DNA from: a virus | Lineage: Duplodnaviria; Caudoviricetes | Reading direction: 5' to 3' (one strand) | IMG/VR virus record: IMGVR_UViG_3300011187_000010 | Location: 1 to 59,108 of that record | DNA: 59,108 bases | Part shown: piece by piece, positions 1 to 9,196 of the stretch | How the letters are laid out: each line of letters opens with the position of its first letter | Position numbering within the stretch: the stretch's first letter is position 1 | Translations under genes and position numbers: made by a program | Notes under the pieces: generated by a model | Told to the model about the DNA's origin: nothing | The model's database searches: none | Seen by the model: the letters and a program-made list of their open reading frames with translations, nothing else

Positions 1-29
1 AATCCTTTTAAGGTGGTTTGCTTATTCAT
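1..29 (-). CDS. 5' end of a gene running off the left edge (MNKQTTLKG...)
   Basis: ATG at 29 on the minus strand, preceded by a TATTTATTA motif at 41-49 like other putative late genes. Confidence 0.45.
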
Positions 30-71
30 ATTAAGTTTTATAATAAATAGTTGTAAATATTAAAAGGTTTC

Positions 72-269
72 TTATAGACCTTCTACTTTTTCAACAACTA
101 GTATTACTTTATCAGTGTCCATGATTGAATGGACCACCTTAAACACCTTATAATAAGATTTTAACCCTTCTATATATATGAACTCACCCTCAATTGGCTT
201 CATATTAGATTTATACTTAAAGACCTCATTCCAATCTTTATCTAATAATATTATTTTAGTTTTAAACAT
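72..269 (-). CDS. hypothetical protein (65 aa)
   Basis: ORF track; ATG start; same strand as neighbours. Confidence 0.7.
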   Translation of the reverse strand: MFKTKIILLDKDWNEVFKYKSNMKPIEGEFIYIEGLKSYYKVFKVVHSIMDTDKVILVVEKVEGL

Positions 270-355
270 GATTAATTTTAGTATTTTTTATTTAAAAAGC
301 AATATTTTATTTATTATTTTACCTTATCCCGTATATTTATAGTAAAACAAAAGAT

Positions 356-478
356 ATGGGATGTGGATGTAAAAAGAAAAAAAGTGGTATAACTACCACA
401 AAAGTAAAGACTAACAAAACTAATAATCGTGTTAAGCCTGCTGTAACAGTTAGGACAATAAGAACAGAGAATCAGTAG
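356..478 (+). CDS. small basic protein with N-terminal MGCGCK motif (40 aa; not in ORF track)
   Basis: Translated by hand: MGCGCKKKKSGITTTKVKTNKTNNRVKPAVTVRTIRTENQ*. TATTTATA motif at 334-341 upstream and hairpin terminator downstream. Confidence 0.7.
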   Translation: MGCGCKKKKSGITTTKVKTNKTNNRVKPAVTVRTIRTENQ

Positions 479-501
479 ATGTTAATTTAATTACTTAAAA
501 C

Positions 502-534
502 AAAAAAGCCATAATTTAAATTATGGCTTTTTTT
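502..534. terminator. bidirectional intrinsic terminator
   Basis: AAAAAAGCCATAATTT-AAATTATGGCTTTTTTT inverted repeat with A/T tails, lying between the convergent small ORF and the tmRNA. Confidence 0.8.
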
Positions 535-539
535 AATTG

Positions 540-908
540 TGGAGGTGGTGGGATTCGAACCCACGTCCCAAAAACGAATCAAAATCCGTCTACATGTTTA
601 GGTATGTTTAATGATTCATCCAAACAGGTTAAGGTTTCTAATCCCTTCCAAAAGTTTTGCACTTTAACGTTAAGTACTATCCGATTATTTTACTGTTTAA
701 TATCAGGTTCTTGGTGGGCTACCACCATTTGCTGTAATTAGGCTACAGCTACCTCTCCAGCAAAGCTCCTAGAAGCTGTTGCAAAGAAATTTTCTTCTAC
801 GTTTAAAATGTCGCCATTTAAAAGTTTTGATAGAGTATTTAAGTGTTTCCAATCTAACACTACATGCTGTATCTCTCAGTCTATCTCTGGTCAAATCCAG
901 TCACCCCC
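540..908 (-). ncRNA. ssrA: tmRNA (transfer-messenger RNA), about 369 nt
   Basis: 5' end GGGGGTGACTGGATTTGAC and 3' end GACGTGGGTTCGAATCCCACCACCTCCA. Acceptor stem GGGGGTG/CACCTCC has the G3:U70 Ala determinant. T-arm GTTCGAATC present. Internal tag ORF at 815..738 has its stop codon in a hairpin. Confidence 0.93.
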
Positions 909-973
909 CATTATGTTAAAGAACTTGTTTATTATAAGTATGTAGAAAAAAATGTAAATACTTTATTAACTTT

Positions 974-996
974 GGCCCTACTAATAACGTAGGGCC
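974..996. terminator. GC-rich hairpin between clpP and tmRNA (terminator or processing stem)
   Basis: GGCCCTAC-N7-GTAGGGCC; no clear U-tract on the minus strand. Confidence 0.35.
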
Positions 997-1009
997 TTAG
1001 TTAAAATTA

Positions 1010-1699
1010 CTACTCTCCTATTATTTCATCCACTAATCCATACTCTTTAGCCTCTTCCGAGTCTAACCATAGGTCTCTGACTGCATCATTTTTAACAATC
1101 TCTTCAGTTTTACCTGAATACTTACCTAATAATTTAAATAACCTATCATTAAGTCTTTGAGATAATTTATATGATATTTCAATATCTTGAATGTTACCTT
1201 GATATCCAGATGATACTTGGTGTATCATAACAAAGCTATTTGGTAAAGCTAGTCTTTTACCCTTAGCCCCAGCGCCTAATAATACTGAACCCATTGAAGC
1301 GCATAAACCGTTGTTAATCGTCTTAATGTCAGGTTTAACAAGCTCTATTGTATCAATCATTGATAGGCCATTTAAGACGGACCCGCCTGGTGAGTCAATG
1401 TACATCGTGATATCTTCTGAGCTTACACTAGCTAAGTAAAGAATTTGTGCTTTAACCACATCACTCATATATTGATTTACTTCACCAGATACCCATAGGA
1501 TTCTTTCTCTCATCATCCTAGAGAATATATCCATTTGAGTTACCCTCATCTCTCTTTCTTCTAAGATGTATGGTGTCATTGAGTCCATTGGTAATCCCTT
1601 TGCTGTAGCATAGCTTTTAAGGTATTCTTCGAACTGGCTAGATGATACGTTGAATTTATCTTTTGCGTACTTTTTAAAATCTTTCGATAGGTTCTCCAT
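1010..1699 (-). CDS. clpP: ATP-dependent Clp protease proteolytic subunit
   Basis: DIFSRMMRERI, YIDSPGGSV, catalytic Ser (CASMGS), His (MIHQ) and Asp (RDLW), EAKEYGLVD. Confidence 0.95.
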   Translation of the reverse strand: MENLSKDFKKYAKDKFNVSSSQFEEYLKSYATAKGLPMDSMTPYILEEREMRVTQMDIFSRMMRERILWVSGEVNQYMSDVVKAQILYLASVSSEDITMYIDSPGGSVLNGLSMIDTIELVKPDIKTINNGLCASMGSVLLGAGAKGKRLALPNSFVMIHQVSSGYQGNIQDIEISYKLSQRLNDRLFKLLGKYSGKTEEIVKNDAVRDLWLDSEEAKEYGLVDEIIGE

Positions 1700-1700
1700 A

Positions 1701-2120
1701 TTATCCCTCTGCGTTTTTCTCGTTCTTTGCTTTGTCGTATAAACTTTTTATAGACTCTTCCAGTACTTCAAAATTATCCCATCCACGCTTATCAATGAAT
1801 GATTTGTACACCTTATCACGAGGGCTAACAACTAACTTGTCATTCTCGTAATCATAATGTACCCCAGCTAATGCTTCTTCAATAGCTAAAGCTCTATGCA
1901 TAGAGTCTAGGCCGTCAAAGATAACTTCATTAACAATTACTTTCATATCGTAACCATAAGCGAACTTGTTAGCGTCAGTTTCTTTTTTGACTGAGAATAA
2001 AGTCTTTTGCTCATCATTAACAATCACTTTGGTATTAATTTGACTATCCAAGTTGTTGCTTATAATGAAATTCATAATCTCATCGTGCGTTTCATTTGAT
2101 GGTTCTGTCCATTTTGCCAT
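1701..2120 (-). CDS. hypothetical protein, possibly a degenerate phage metallopeptidase-like fold
   Basis: YDMKVIVNEVIFDGLD..RALAIEEALAGV resembles putative phage metallopeptidases but lacks HExxH. Confidence 0.6.
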   Translation of the reverse strand: MAKWTEPSNETHDEIMNFIISNNLDSQINTKVIVNDEQKTLFSVKKETDANKFAYGYDMKVIVNEVIFDGLDSMHRALAIEEALAGVHYDYENDKLVVSPRDKVYKSFIDKRGWDNFEVLEESIKSLYDKAKNEKNAEG

Positions 2121-2184
2121 AGTATCTTCTTTTTATTAATTTATTTATAGAACAAATAAACGAGTTATTTAAGTTATAAACAAG

Positions 2185-3225
2185 CTATTGTTCAGGTTTT
2201 TTTAATTCTTCTAATAATTCTCTTTCTTTCTCTGATACTTCAGTAGGCATATACAATTCTACGTTTAAGTATTGGTCACCTCTGATGTTACTATTCTTAT
2301 TCTTTAATCCTTTACCTTTAACTTTTAAAGTTTTGTTTATATCAGTGCTTTCACTTATAGTAACATTTATTTCATTACCCTCAATTGTTTTAAAACTTCT
2401 TTTACCACCTAGAACTAGGGTTGAGTAATCTACTTTGATTGTTGACAATAAATCATAGTGATTTACTATTTTGAAGTTATCCTCTTTTACTCTAATAAGT
2501 AAGACTAAATCACCATGTTTATCTGCACCATCTTCTTTATAATAAGAGCCCATACCCCACATGATTAACTTCTCATTTTCAAAAGTACTATGAGGTATAT
2601 TAATGTCTGCTTTTTCTGACTTTACTACTATACCATCACCTCCACATGCGTTACATGGATTTTTAATAACAAAACCTTTACCACCGCAATCGCTACAATC
2701 AAATGTTTGTTGAAATATACCGAATTGGGTACTTTTAACTGTTGTTTTAACACCTTTACCATCGCAGTTTGTACATTTACTAACATCTTCACCACCTTCA
2801 CCATCACAAGATTTACATTTATCATATCTATCATATCTAAATGATTTTTTGGTTCCATTGAAAACCTCTTCAACCGTTAGTGTAATACGTTTGAAGATGC
2901 TGTATTGTTCCATATTATTTTGCCTCTGTTGCTGACGTCTAACTTGGCTAAAGAACTCTTCAAAATCTTGAAAACCTCTGCTTTTAGGTTGACCACCAGC
3001 GAAGGAAGAATAACCACCAGAGTCGTATTGTCTTTTTTTGTCAGGGTCAGCTAATATTTCATAGGCCTCAGCAACATCCTTAAATTTTACTTCAGCTTCT
3101 TTATCATCAGGGTTTTTATCTGGGTGATATTTCATTGCTAATTTCCTGTAAGCCTTTTTTATCTTACTGGCATCAGCATTTTTATCAACACCTAAAATTT
3201 TATACAAATCTTTTTCCATATGCAA
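2185..3225 (-). CDS. dnaJ: DnaJ chaperone
   Basis: J-domain with HPD motif, four CxxCxGxG repeats, C-terminal substrate-binding domain. Confidence 0.95.
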   Translation of the reverse strand: MHMEKDLYKILGVDKNADASKIKKAYRKLAMKYHPDKNPDDKEAEVKFKDVAEAYEILADPDKKRQYDSGGYSSFAGGQPKSRGFQDFEEFFSQVRRQQQRQNNMEQYSIFKRITLTVEEVFNGTKKSFRYDRYDKCKSCDGEGGEDVSKCTNCDGKGVKTTVKSTQFGIFQQTFDCSDCGGKGFVIKNPCNACGGDGIVVKSEKADINIPHSTFENEKLIMWGMGSYYKEDGADKHGDLVLLIRVKEDNFKIVNHYDLLSTIKVDYSTLVLGGKRSFKTIEGNEINVTISESTDINKTLKVKGKGLKNKNSNIRGDQYLNVELYMPTEVSEKERELLEELKKPEQ

Positions 3226-3253
3226 TACTACTATTTATTATAAACATTTAATG

Positions 3254-3285
3254 CAAACATACAACATTTTTTTGTTTATCACAAA
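3254..3285 (-). promoter_or_regulatory. Bacteroidota-type primary sigma promoter for dnaJ
   Basis: TTTG-N20-TATGTTTG matches the -33 TTTG / -7 TAnnTTTG consensus. Confidence 0.75.
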
Positions 3286-3321
3286 TGTTTATTATTTCAA
3301 AAATTTAATTATATTTAACTG

Positions 3322-3981
3322 ATGAATTATCGAATAATATTAACTAAAAACGGGAAGTATAAAAAGACCCTTCACAAATGTAAGAAGGAAACAACTTCAT
3401 ACGCAAATTTCAATAAAATTAAAATCGAAAACAACGTGTATTTTGAGAAGAAGTACATCAACTGTAATTCAATTATACCCGTGGAGTATAAGATATATGT
3501 AGTTAAAGATTATGAAGAGACTGATGAACCTAGACTTGTTAGGAATAAAGTCGGTAAATTGGTTTATGAGAATCCGTTATTTGGTATTTGGACCGTTTTA
3601 CATGACTCTTTGTATAAAGTTGAAGAGACTTTCTGGGTTTACGGTTATGATAAAAGAAATGATAGGAAAACCATAAAAGACATTATAGGTCTTCTAGTTA
3701 AAGGAATGAATAACCCTAAAAAGGTTAAACAGGTTGTTGTCGTTAATAACAAGTTGTTAATTCATGTTGAAGACCAATTCGATATGGTCATTTGTAAATG
3801 TAAATCTGATGCTCAAAGGTTACACCATGCTCTATCTGACGCTGCAAGTAGTAATAAGATTAAAAACTTACTATTTATGGGTACCGCAAATAAAAAGATG
3901 TGTGGTGATTACTATCAAATAATACATAAACACACTGGATGGGATTATACTAAAATTTGGAGAACAACAACTAGACCGTAA
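3322..3981 (+). CDS. hypothetical protein (219 aa)
   Basis: Long ORF divergent from dnaJ; no recognisable motif. Confidence 0.8.
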   Translation: MNYRIILTKNGKYKKTLHKCKKETTSYANFNKIKIENNVYFEKKYINCNSIIPVEYKIYVVKDYEETDEPRLVRNKVGKLVYENPLFGIWTVLHDSLYKVEETFWVYGYDKRNDRKTIKDIIGLLVKGMNNPKKVKQVVVVNNKLLIHVEDQFDMVICKCKSDAQRLHHALSDAASSNKIKNLLFMGTANKKMCGDYYQIIHKHTGWDYTKIWRTTTRP

Positions 3982-4234
3982 ACTCTTTAATTAACTCTAA
4001 TTTATTACCCCTAGTTAATTTCTTAATTCTGTACTCTTCTTTGGCCGCCTCAGACTTATTATTACACTCTTTAAACCACTTTAGAGCCACAGGGAGCTTA
4101 TTTCTAGTATACTTGGCACCTTTACCTGAATTATGCTTTAAAACACGCTTAGAAACGTTATTAGAGATTCCAGTGTATAATGTCTTATCCGAACATTCAA
4201 TAATATAAACGTACCAAGGTTCTTCTTTACTCAT
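3971..4234 (-). CDS. small GIY-YIG nuclease
   Basis: WYVYIIECSDKTLYTGISNNVSKRVLKHNSGKGAKYTR...EYRIKKL. Confidence 0.9.
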   Translation of the reverse strand: MSKEEPWYVYIIECSDKTLYTGISNNVSKRVLKHNSGKGAKYTRNKLPVALKWFKECNNKSEAAKEEYRIKKLTRGNKLELIKEFTV

Positions 4235-4732
4235 TTACTTTAGAATGAAATCGATTAATCCATCAACATCATCAACCATAGGTATATTGTATTTGTTACA
4301 TACAATATCGACATTTCCTTTTCTATAGAATCCTTCTGGGCAACAAACACACATTTTATTTGAGTTGGTATGTAAACCGAGTTCCATTAAAGTTATAGCT
4401 GATTTTGTATCTGGGTCAATATAAACCACTATTTTATCAGCAGCTTCTAGACCATCTAACTCCCACTCTACTTGACCTCTAAAGTTATCATTGTCAATAG
4501 ATTGTTCCCATGATGAGTCCCAATCTTTTCTCCTTGGGTTGAAGATTGTTATCACTTGGTCGTCTTTCATTCTTTTTTCTACTTCTTCTTCAATTTTGAC
4601 TTGCCACTCAGATGCTTTACCCATTTCGATTGAACCTGCTAAGAATACTGTTGTTCCGTTGTGACTTAATTCTTTAGGTGGGTGTATTACGGTAAAATTA
4701 TTTAATTTCAAATCTTTTTTCTTATATTTCAT
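4235..4732 (-). CDS. nucleoside 2-deoxyribosyltransferase-like protein
   Basis: VFLAGSIEMG..WQ, IFNPRRKDWD, QVEWELDGLEAAD, ITLMELGL. Confidence 0.85.
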   Translation of the reverse strand: MKYKKKDLKLNNFTVIHPPKELSHNGTTVFLAGSIEMGKASEWQVKIEEEVEKRMKDDQVITIFNPRRKDWDSSWEQSIDNDNFRGQVEWELDGLEAADKIVVYIDPDTKSAITLMELGLHTNSNKMCVCCPEGFYRKGNVDIVCNKYNIPMVDDVDGLIDFILK

Positions 4733-4734
4733 GA

Positions 4735-5232
4735 TTAATCTTTATGTGGCCTTACAGCGCTGCTTTCGTAATCATCGTTATTCTGACCAACATCAAAATT
4801 ATTAGAAATATCTTTTATCAAGTTATCTATTTTTTCTTTTTGACCCTCACTAGCTATTATAGGGTTAATACATTCAATTCTCTCGTTACCGTCTGTTGGT
4901 AAGAAAAAGGCCATCATGTTAGCTTCTCTTTCTACTATTTTATCATTGATTGCAGTTGATAGTTGTCTCATTACTTCTGCATCGCTCATCGTAAACCTAT
5001 CTATGTAACACACTAACACTAGTGGATGTTCTTTTGTTATTTCACTCATACCTCTATATTCATATTGTTTTCTACTTATTGGTTCGTCATAAATTTCACT
5101 AAATTTATCCACAACTTTATGATATTCCTCGACTTTTGCTATTTCACATTTAACCGATATATCATCTTCAGTTTTTAAATAAACTAAAACTTCATTATCA
5201 CCACCTACCAATTCTTTAATTAATATTTTCAT
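4735..5232 (-). CDS. hypothetical protein (165 aa)
   Basis: ORF track; tightly packed operon. Confidence 0.8.
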   Translation of the reverse strand: MKILIKELVGGDNEVLVYLKTEDDISVKCEIAKVEEYHKVVDKFSEIYDEPISRKQYEYRGMSEITKEHPLVLVCYIDRFTMSDAEVMRQLSTAINDKIVEREANMMAFFLPTDGNERIECINPIIASEGQKEKIDNLIKDISNNFDVGQNNDDYESSAVRPHKD

Positions 5233-5281
5233 CTTATAAATTTTATACTACAAATATACAATAAATAAAATATTTGTAAAT

Positions 5282-5307
5282 AAAAAAACCGCAATGTTGC
5301 GGTTTTT
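5282..5307 (-). terminator. intrinsic terminator
   Basis: AAAAAAACCGCAA-TG-TTGCGGTTTTT downstream of 5316..5546. Confidence 0.75.
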
Positions 5308-5315
5308 ATTTGATT

Positions 5316-5546
5316 TTAGTTTACCTTAGCAATACCTAGTTTAGGTGCGTTAAGTGTAGAACTACCATCTACGGCCCAAGCAAAACCAGTCTCTTTTACA
5401 AGAGCTTCGTACTTAGTTCTGAACTCTTCCAACCTCTTACTTTCTCTTCTTTGAGATTCGATGAACTCTCTTTCTTGTTCACTTAAAACATCTAATTCTT
5501 TAGACTTCACTTGTTTTGTTTTTACTTCGTCTTTTTTTGTTTCCAT
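5316..5546 (-). CDS. hypothetical protein (76 aa)
   Basis: ORF track. Confidence 0.75.
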   Translation of the reverse strand: METKKDEVKTKQVKSKELDVLSEQEREFIESQRRESKRLEEFRTKYEALVKETGFAWAVDGSSTLNAPKLGIAKVN

Positions 5547-5573
5547 TTTTTTTTAATTTTATTATTATTGTTA

Positions 5574-5807
5574 TTATTCACTTATCACGAATTTAATTAG
5601 AATATCAGCAATCTCTACTTCAAATTCTTCTGTATATTCGTAGTCAGCAGCATCTCTATTTCCGTTTATTTTATAAAAGAAATGCTCACTTAAAGTTCGG
5701 TGTAATTTTGGTTCCAATGAGTAAACCATTGTCAACCCTTTTTTATATATATTATCGTTGTTATATATTTCAGTCAACGTCTCCATTAGATTGTCATAAT
5801 TCATCAT
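5574..5807 (-). CDS. hypothetical protein (77 aa)
   Basis: ORF track; overlapping start/stop with neighbour. Confidence 0.75.
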   Translation of the reverse strand: MMNYDNLMETLTEIYNNDNIYKKGLTMVYSLEPKLHRTLSEHFFYKINGNRDAADYEYTEEFEVEIADILIKFVISE

Positions 5808-5998
5808 TTGAAAATGTTTTTGAAAAATCTAATAAAGGCATTATCTTTTTTAGGTTTACCAGCTTCTAAGCTACTTTTTATTTCATCACCTAATCCGTTC
5901 TTCATCTCTTCAATAAATTTATTCTTAACTATTTCAGTGACCTTTTTATCTTTCTGAATATGTTTTATCTCCTTTTCAATTTCTGAATCCTTACCCAT
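5804..5998 (-). CDS. hypothetical protein (64 aa)
   Basis: ORF track; coupled to neighbours. Confidence 0.7.
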   Translation of the reverse strand: MGKDSEIEKEIKHIQKDKKVTEIVKNKFIEEMKNGLGDEIKSSLEAGKPKKDNAFIRFFKNIFK

Positions 5999-6299
5999 CT
6001 TTTTCTAATCTTTCTTGTACGCTATGTATTAACCAAACACCACCAGACGCTAAACAGCCATCTAGGAACCAAGCGAAGTATATAGGTACCTCTTCAAAAT
6101 TATTATGTGTTACTGAAAACACTGTTATCGATAAAAATATACCTATCCAGAAAGGTAAACATATCATGCAATTGAATAACACACCAAAAAAGTTTGGTGA
6201 CACCCTTTCCCAGAAACTTCTCCATCTAGAAAATATGGTTGAGAATATCATTATATTCGCAATTCCATAAACTATTAAGAAAAACACTACCACTTCCAT
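5991..6299 (-). CDS. small membrane protein (about 3 TM segments, CxxC)
   Basis: Hydrophobic segments and FNCMICLPFWIG motif (DUF1360-like). Confidence 0.75.
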   Translation of the reverse strand: MEVVVFFLIVYGIANIMIFSTIFSRWRSFWERVSPNFFGVLFNCMICLPFWIGIFLSITVFSVTHNNFEEVPIYFAWFLDGCLASGGVWLIHSVQERLEKDG

Positions 6300-6300
6300 A

Positions 6301-6987
6301 TTAATATTCTATACAAACTGGGCAAACATCATTTGGGTCGTTCGGGTCGCACTTACACACTACCTGAGGCTCTTCAAAATCTTCTACCATTATTTTATCA
6401 CCCTTTTTAGGTGGTAAGTCAAATGTTTCATTACCGACTTTAGCCGTTTGATTAAACCTCCTAACGTCCTCGTCTGACTTATCGTCTTGTTTCGTTTTAC
6501 TGGGGTTTACCTCTTCGATACCACTACTCTCGTTAATTTCACTGGTTATTTCTTTTTCCTTCTTATCCTCCCCTTCCTTATTTGACATGATTGGTATGTT
6601 GTAATCCTCATCGTCTGAAGTATCATTTAACGTATCAGAAAAATTGAACTTTAGTGTTTTACAAGTTTCTAAAGAATAATTACCAAATATTTCTTTAAGC
6701 TCTCTTATTTTGACTTGTAATAGTTCGATTTTCATTTCTCTTTCTACATTCACTTTAATGACGTAACCTACATAATCTAACATTTCATCAACACCTATGT
6801 CTTCATTATTAGGGTATAACATATAATAGTTAGGTTTACTAGCCATTGTCTCATAACCAATATCATTTGAAGGTGGTAACTCCCACCCTTCCTTAAAATT
6901 GGTATCAACTACGCTAAGAGTGTCCTTAAATCTGATACCTAGTACATAAGGTGTAAGCTCTTTTATTCTTTTGTTTATATTTGACAT
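6301..6987 (-). CDS. hypothetical protein with acidic tail and C-terminal CxC...CxxC
   Basis: ORF track. Confidence 0.8.
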   Translation of the reverse strand: MSNINKRIKELTPYVLGIRFKDTLSVVDTNFKEGWELPPSNDIGYETMASKPNYYMLYPNNEDIGVDEMLDYVGYVIKVNVEREMKIELLQVKIRELKEIFGNYSLETCKTLKFNFSDTLNDTSDDEDYNIPIMSNKEGEDKKEKEITSEINESSGIEEVNPSKTKQDDKSDEDVRRFNQTAKVGNETFDLPPKKGDKIMVEDFEEPQVVCKCDPNDPNDVCPVCIEY

Positions 6988-6988
6988 A

Positions 6989-7183
6989 TTATATGCTTAT
7001 TCCGTTTAAAATGCAAGTTATTATATAAGATATTGACAATCCTAATAAAAACATTTCTTTGTTATTGATTTTATATCTAGTGTTAGTTTTTAAGTATGGT
7101 ACCGCAAAGAAAATGTGTTTAAGTACATTTAAGATAGATAACACTAACACTACAACCAAAATTTTATTTACTAACTCTTCCAT
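6989..7183 (-). CDS. small 2-TM membrane protein
   Basis: Two hydrophobic segments. Confidence 0.7.
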   Translation of the reverse strand: MEELVNKILVVVLVLSILNVLKHIFFAVPYLKTNTRYKINNKEMFLLGLSISYIITCILNGISI

Positions 7184-7188
7184 ATAAT

Positions 7189-7368
7189 CTACTCGTTTTC
7201 ATTTCTTTTTCTAGAAATATCCATTCTCATGTTTTGAGCTTCTGATTTTATTTCTTGGAGTATTTTTCTAGCCCTAACCGAGGCCGTTCTATTTTGTTTA
7301 TTGTAAAACTTTTCAGCATCAACCTCTAGTTCCTCAATTAATCTCTTTAAATTATCTAAATTATTCAT
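7189..7368 (-). CDS. histone H1-like (Hc1-type) nucleoid protein (59 aa; not in ORF track)
   Basis: Translated by hand: MNNLDNLKRLIEELEVDAEKFYNKQNRTASVRARKILQEIKSEAQNMRMDISRKRNENE*, matching the D..KFY.K.N..A..R.RK..Q..K..AQ..R pattern. Confidence 0.8.
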   Translation of the reverse strand: MNNLDNLKRLIEELEVDAEKFYNKQNRTASVRARKILQEIKSEAQNMRMDISRKRNENE

Positions 7369-7406
7369 TTTCTGTTTTTTTATTCATTTTCTGTTTTTTT
7401 ATTCAT
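7361..7406. repeat. 19-bp tandem repeat, about 2.4 copies
   Basis: TTATTCATTTTCTGTTTTT x2 plus TTATTCAT, spanning the stop of one gene and the start of the next. Confidence 0.8.
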
Positions 7407-7616
7407 ACCTGAACCTTCATTACTAGCTTCAGATTCACTAATCGCATGCCATTCGTTAATCATGCCATTTAGTCTGGCAATGTCTTGTAAATGGTTTTTA
7501 ATTTTATTAACTGATTCGTCTATTGGACACTTCTTATTCATGGCACGCTCTAGTTCTTCGTAGACAACTAGTCGTTCTTTCATAAGGTCCATTAACACAA
7601 TATTTTTTAATCTCAT
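7380..7616 (-). CDS. hypothetical protein (78 aa)
   Basis: ORF track. Confidence 0.7.
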   Translation of the reverse strand: MRLKNIVLMDLMKERLVVYEELERAMNKKCPIDESVNKIKNHLQDIARLNGMINEWHAISESEASNEGSGMNKKTENE

Positions 7617-7677
7617 AATACTAATATAATGAAATTATTTAATAAATAAATAGAAAAGTGGTTTTTTTAGAGTAAAA

Positions 7678-8163
7678 TCATATATTTTCTTGGAAAGATG
7701 TTTCGAAAGATTTGTAAAGGTCTATGTATGTGTTTATTTCCATAGTAGATTTATTGACGTTATAATTAAAAATGTATTCCCATAGTTTCTTCATATGGAT
7801 TACCACACTGTTATTGTCATCATAAAACGATTCTAAGTAATTATCAAGTAAATAAACATATACAACATCATTATCTTCAAATTGTATGTTTTCAGTGTTT
7901 ACTAATGAGCAGGTTTTATTATAACACCAGTTGTAGTGATTTATTCTATCCTTGTCACCCATCATATCATGACCTAAGTAAGTTGTTTCAATCAAGTCAT
8001 CTAAAGTTAGTATGAAATCTAGATATAGGTCACTTCTTTCGTAAACAATATTATTACTATTGTAAATTAGCTCTGTCTCAATCTTAGACAGAGGTTTAGG
8101 CATTTTGCTTAATATTTTATCTATCTTGTCTATCATATTAATCAACCAAGTTTTCATTTCCAT
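7678..8163 (-). CDS. hypothetical protein (161 aa)
   Basis: ORF track. Confidence 0.8.
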   Translation of the reverse strand: MEMKTWLINMIDKIDKILSKMPKPLSKIETELIYNSNNIVYERSDLYLDFILTLDDLIETTYLGHDMMGDKDRINHYNWCYNKTCSLVNTENIQFEDNDVVYVYLLDNYLESFYDDNNSVVIHMKKLWEYIFNYNVNKSTMEINTYIDLYKSFETSFQENI

Positions 8164-8743
8164 TATAGTGAAGGTAAGTTGTTTCTACGTTAATCTTTGT
8201 TGCTATAAATACGTTACCTCGGTTATTACCTTCTCTGTAAGATGCGTGTATCCATTGTGGTTCCCCATCTTTAGGAAACTCAGCTATCAATTGGTCAAAT
8301 TCTAAATTATCTTTAATATAATGAAACATCTCAGCGTTAGTTTTATGTTCGTATGTATCATCTATGTCTATAGCAGCACCATCGTTAGCCATGTGTTGTG
8401 AAGTTGAACTCCCACCTAATTCATCATTAAGTTCTTCACTTCTAAATAAAGACGTTACAATGATAGGACCACCTGCCCAAACTCTTAATGGGTCAAATAG
8501 ATTCCTACATAAAACTCTAATACGTTCTAATTGTTCTTCATTAGGTGTATTATCGATATCGTTTATTACGGCCGTTCTACTTTTTATTACTTCTTTATAA
8601 TTAACGTATTTTGATATTTCCATTTTGTTTGCTTTTGGTTCTGACTTTTCTTCTTTTTTATATGAACGTGGCTCTGAATTCAACATCTTTCTTATTACTT
8701 TGTTTTTTATAAAATTATTAATGTAAGGTTTTTTGAAATCCAT
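8138..8743 (-). CDS. peptidase M15A family protein (candidate endolysin)
   Basis: VTSLFRSEELN..LGGSSTSQH...AAIDI...WIHASY zinc-peptidase motifs. Confidence 0.88.
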   Translation of the reverse strand: MDFKKPYINNFIKNKVIRKMLNSEPRSYKKEEKSEPKANKMEISKYVNYKEVIKSRTAVINDIDNTPNEEQLERIRVLCRNLFDPLRVWAGGPIIVTSLFRSEELNDELGGSSTSQHMANDGAAIDIDDTYEHKTNAEMFHYIKDNLEFDQLIAEFPKDGEPQWIHASYREGNNRGNVFIATKINVETTYLHYNGNENLVD

Positions 8744-8773
8744 AGCTCTTTTATTATAAATATAAACTAAAAC

Positions 8774-8801
8774 AAAAAAACCTACTCGTTAAAGTAGGTT
8801 T
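8774..8801 (-). terminator. intrinsic terminator
   Basis: AAAAAAACCTACT-N-AGTAGGTTT. Confidence 0.7.
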
Positions 8802-8821
8802 GTTAGGTACATTTGTTTGAA

Positions 8822-9196
8822 TTATTCTTTTTCGTTTTCTTTTCCAGCGCTCTTAACGTTACTCAATAAACTCTTAAATTGAGTTGTTTCGTCAACTCTG
8901 TTTTTAGCCGTAGGAGTTCCTATCGTGTCTTCAGATTTATAGCCCATTAGTTTTTTCATCTTGGACATGTCTTCGCTGATTAATTTATTATCCGATTCAC
9001 TCAGAGGTATAGCTTCACCTTCTTGTAGTGACCCTTCCCATCTAACTTTAATTGTCTTATTACCGTCGTTTAATTCGAATACTTTATTATCCTCTTTAAG
9101 AACTTCAGGTATTCTAGTTAGAGCTTCATCAATGCTTTTAAATTCTTTTTTGAAGTTAACCCTTTTTGTTGCAGTTTTTTTACTATTTGATTCCAT
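8822..9196 (-). CDS. hypothetical protein, paralogue of the C-terminal domain of 9221..10195
   Basis: Shared KR..FK..F....AL..IPE....D.K.FEL.DGN....W.GS..EG.A...L..ED.SK.K.LMGY. Confidence 0.85.
   Translation of the reverse strand: MESNSKKTATKRVNFKKEFKSIDEALTRIPEVLKEDNKVFELNDGNKTIKVRWEGSLQEGEAIPLSESDNKLISEDMSKMKKLMGYKSEDTIGTPTAKNRVDETTQFKSLLSNVKSAGKENEKE

Noticed and set aside
540-575. Apparent tRNA (GGTTCGAATCC T-arm)
   Set aside because: No anticodon arm; it pairs with 902-908 as the tRNA-like domain of tmRNA.
523-741. 72-aa plus-strand ORF
   Set aside because: Antisense shadow of the tmRNA and its terminator.
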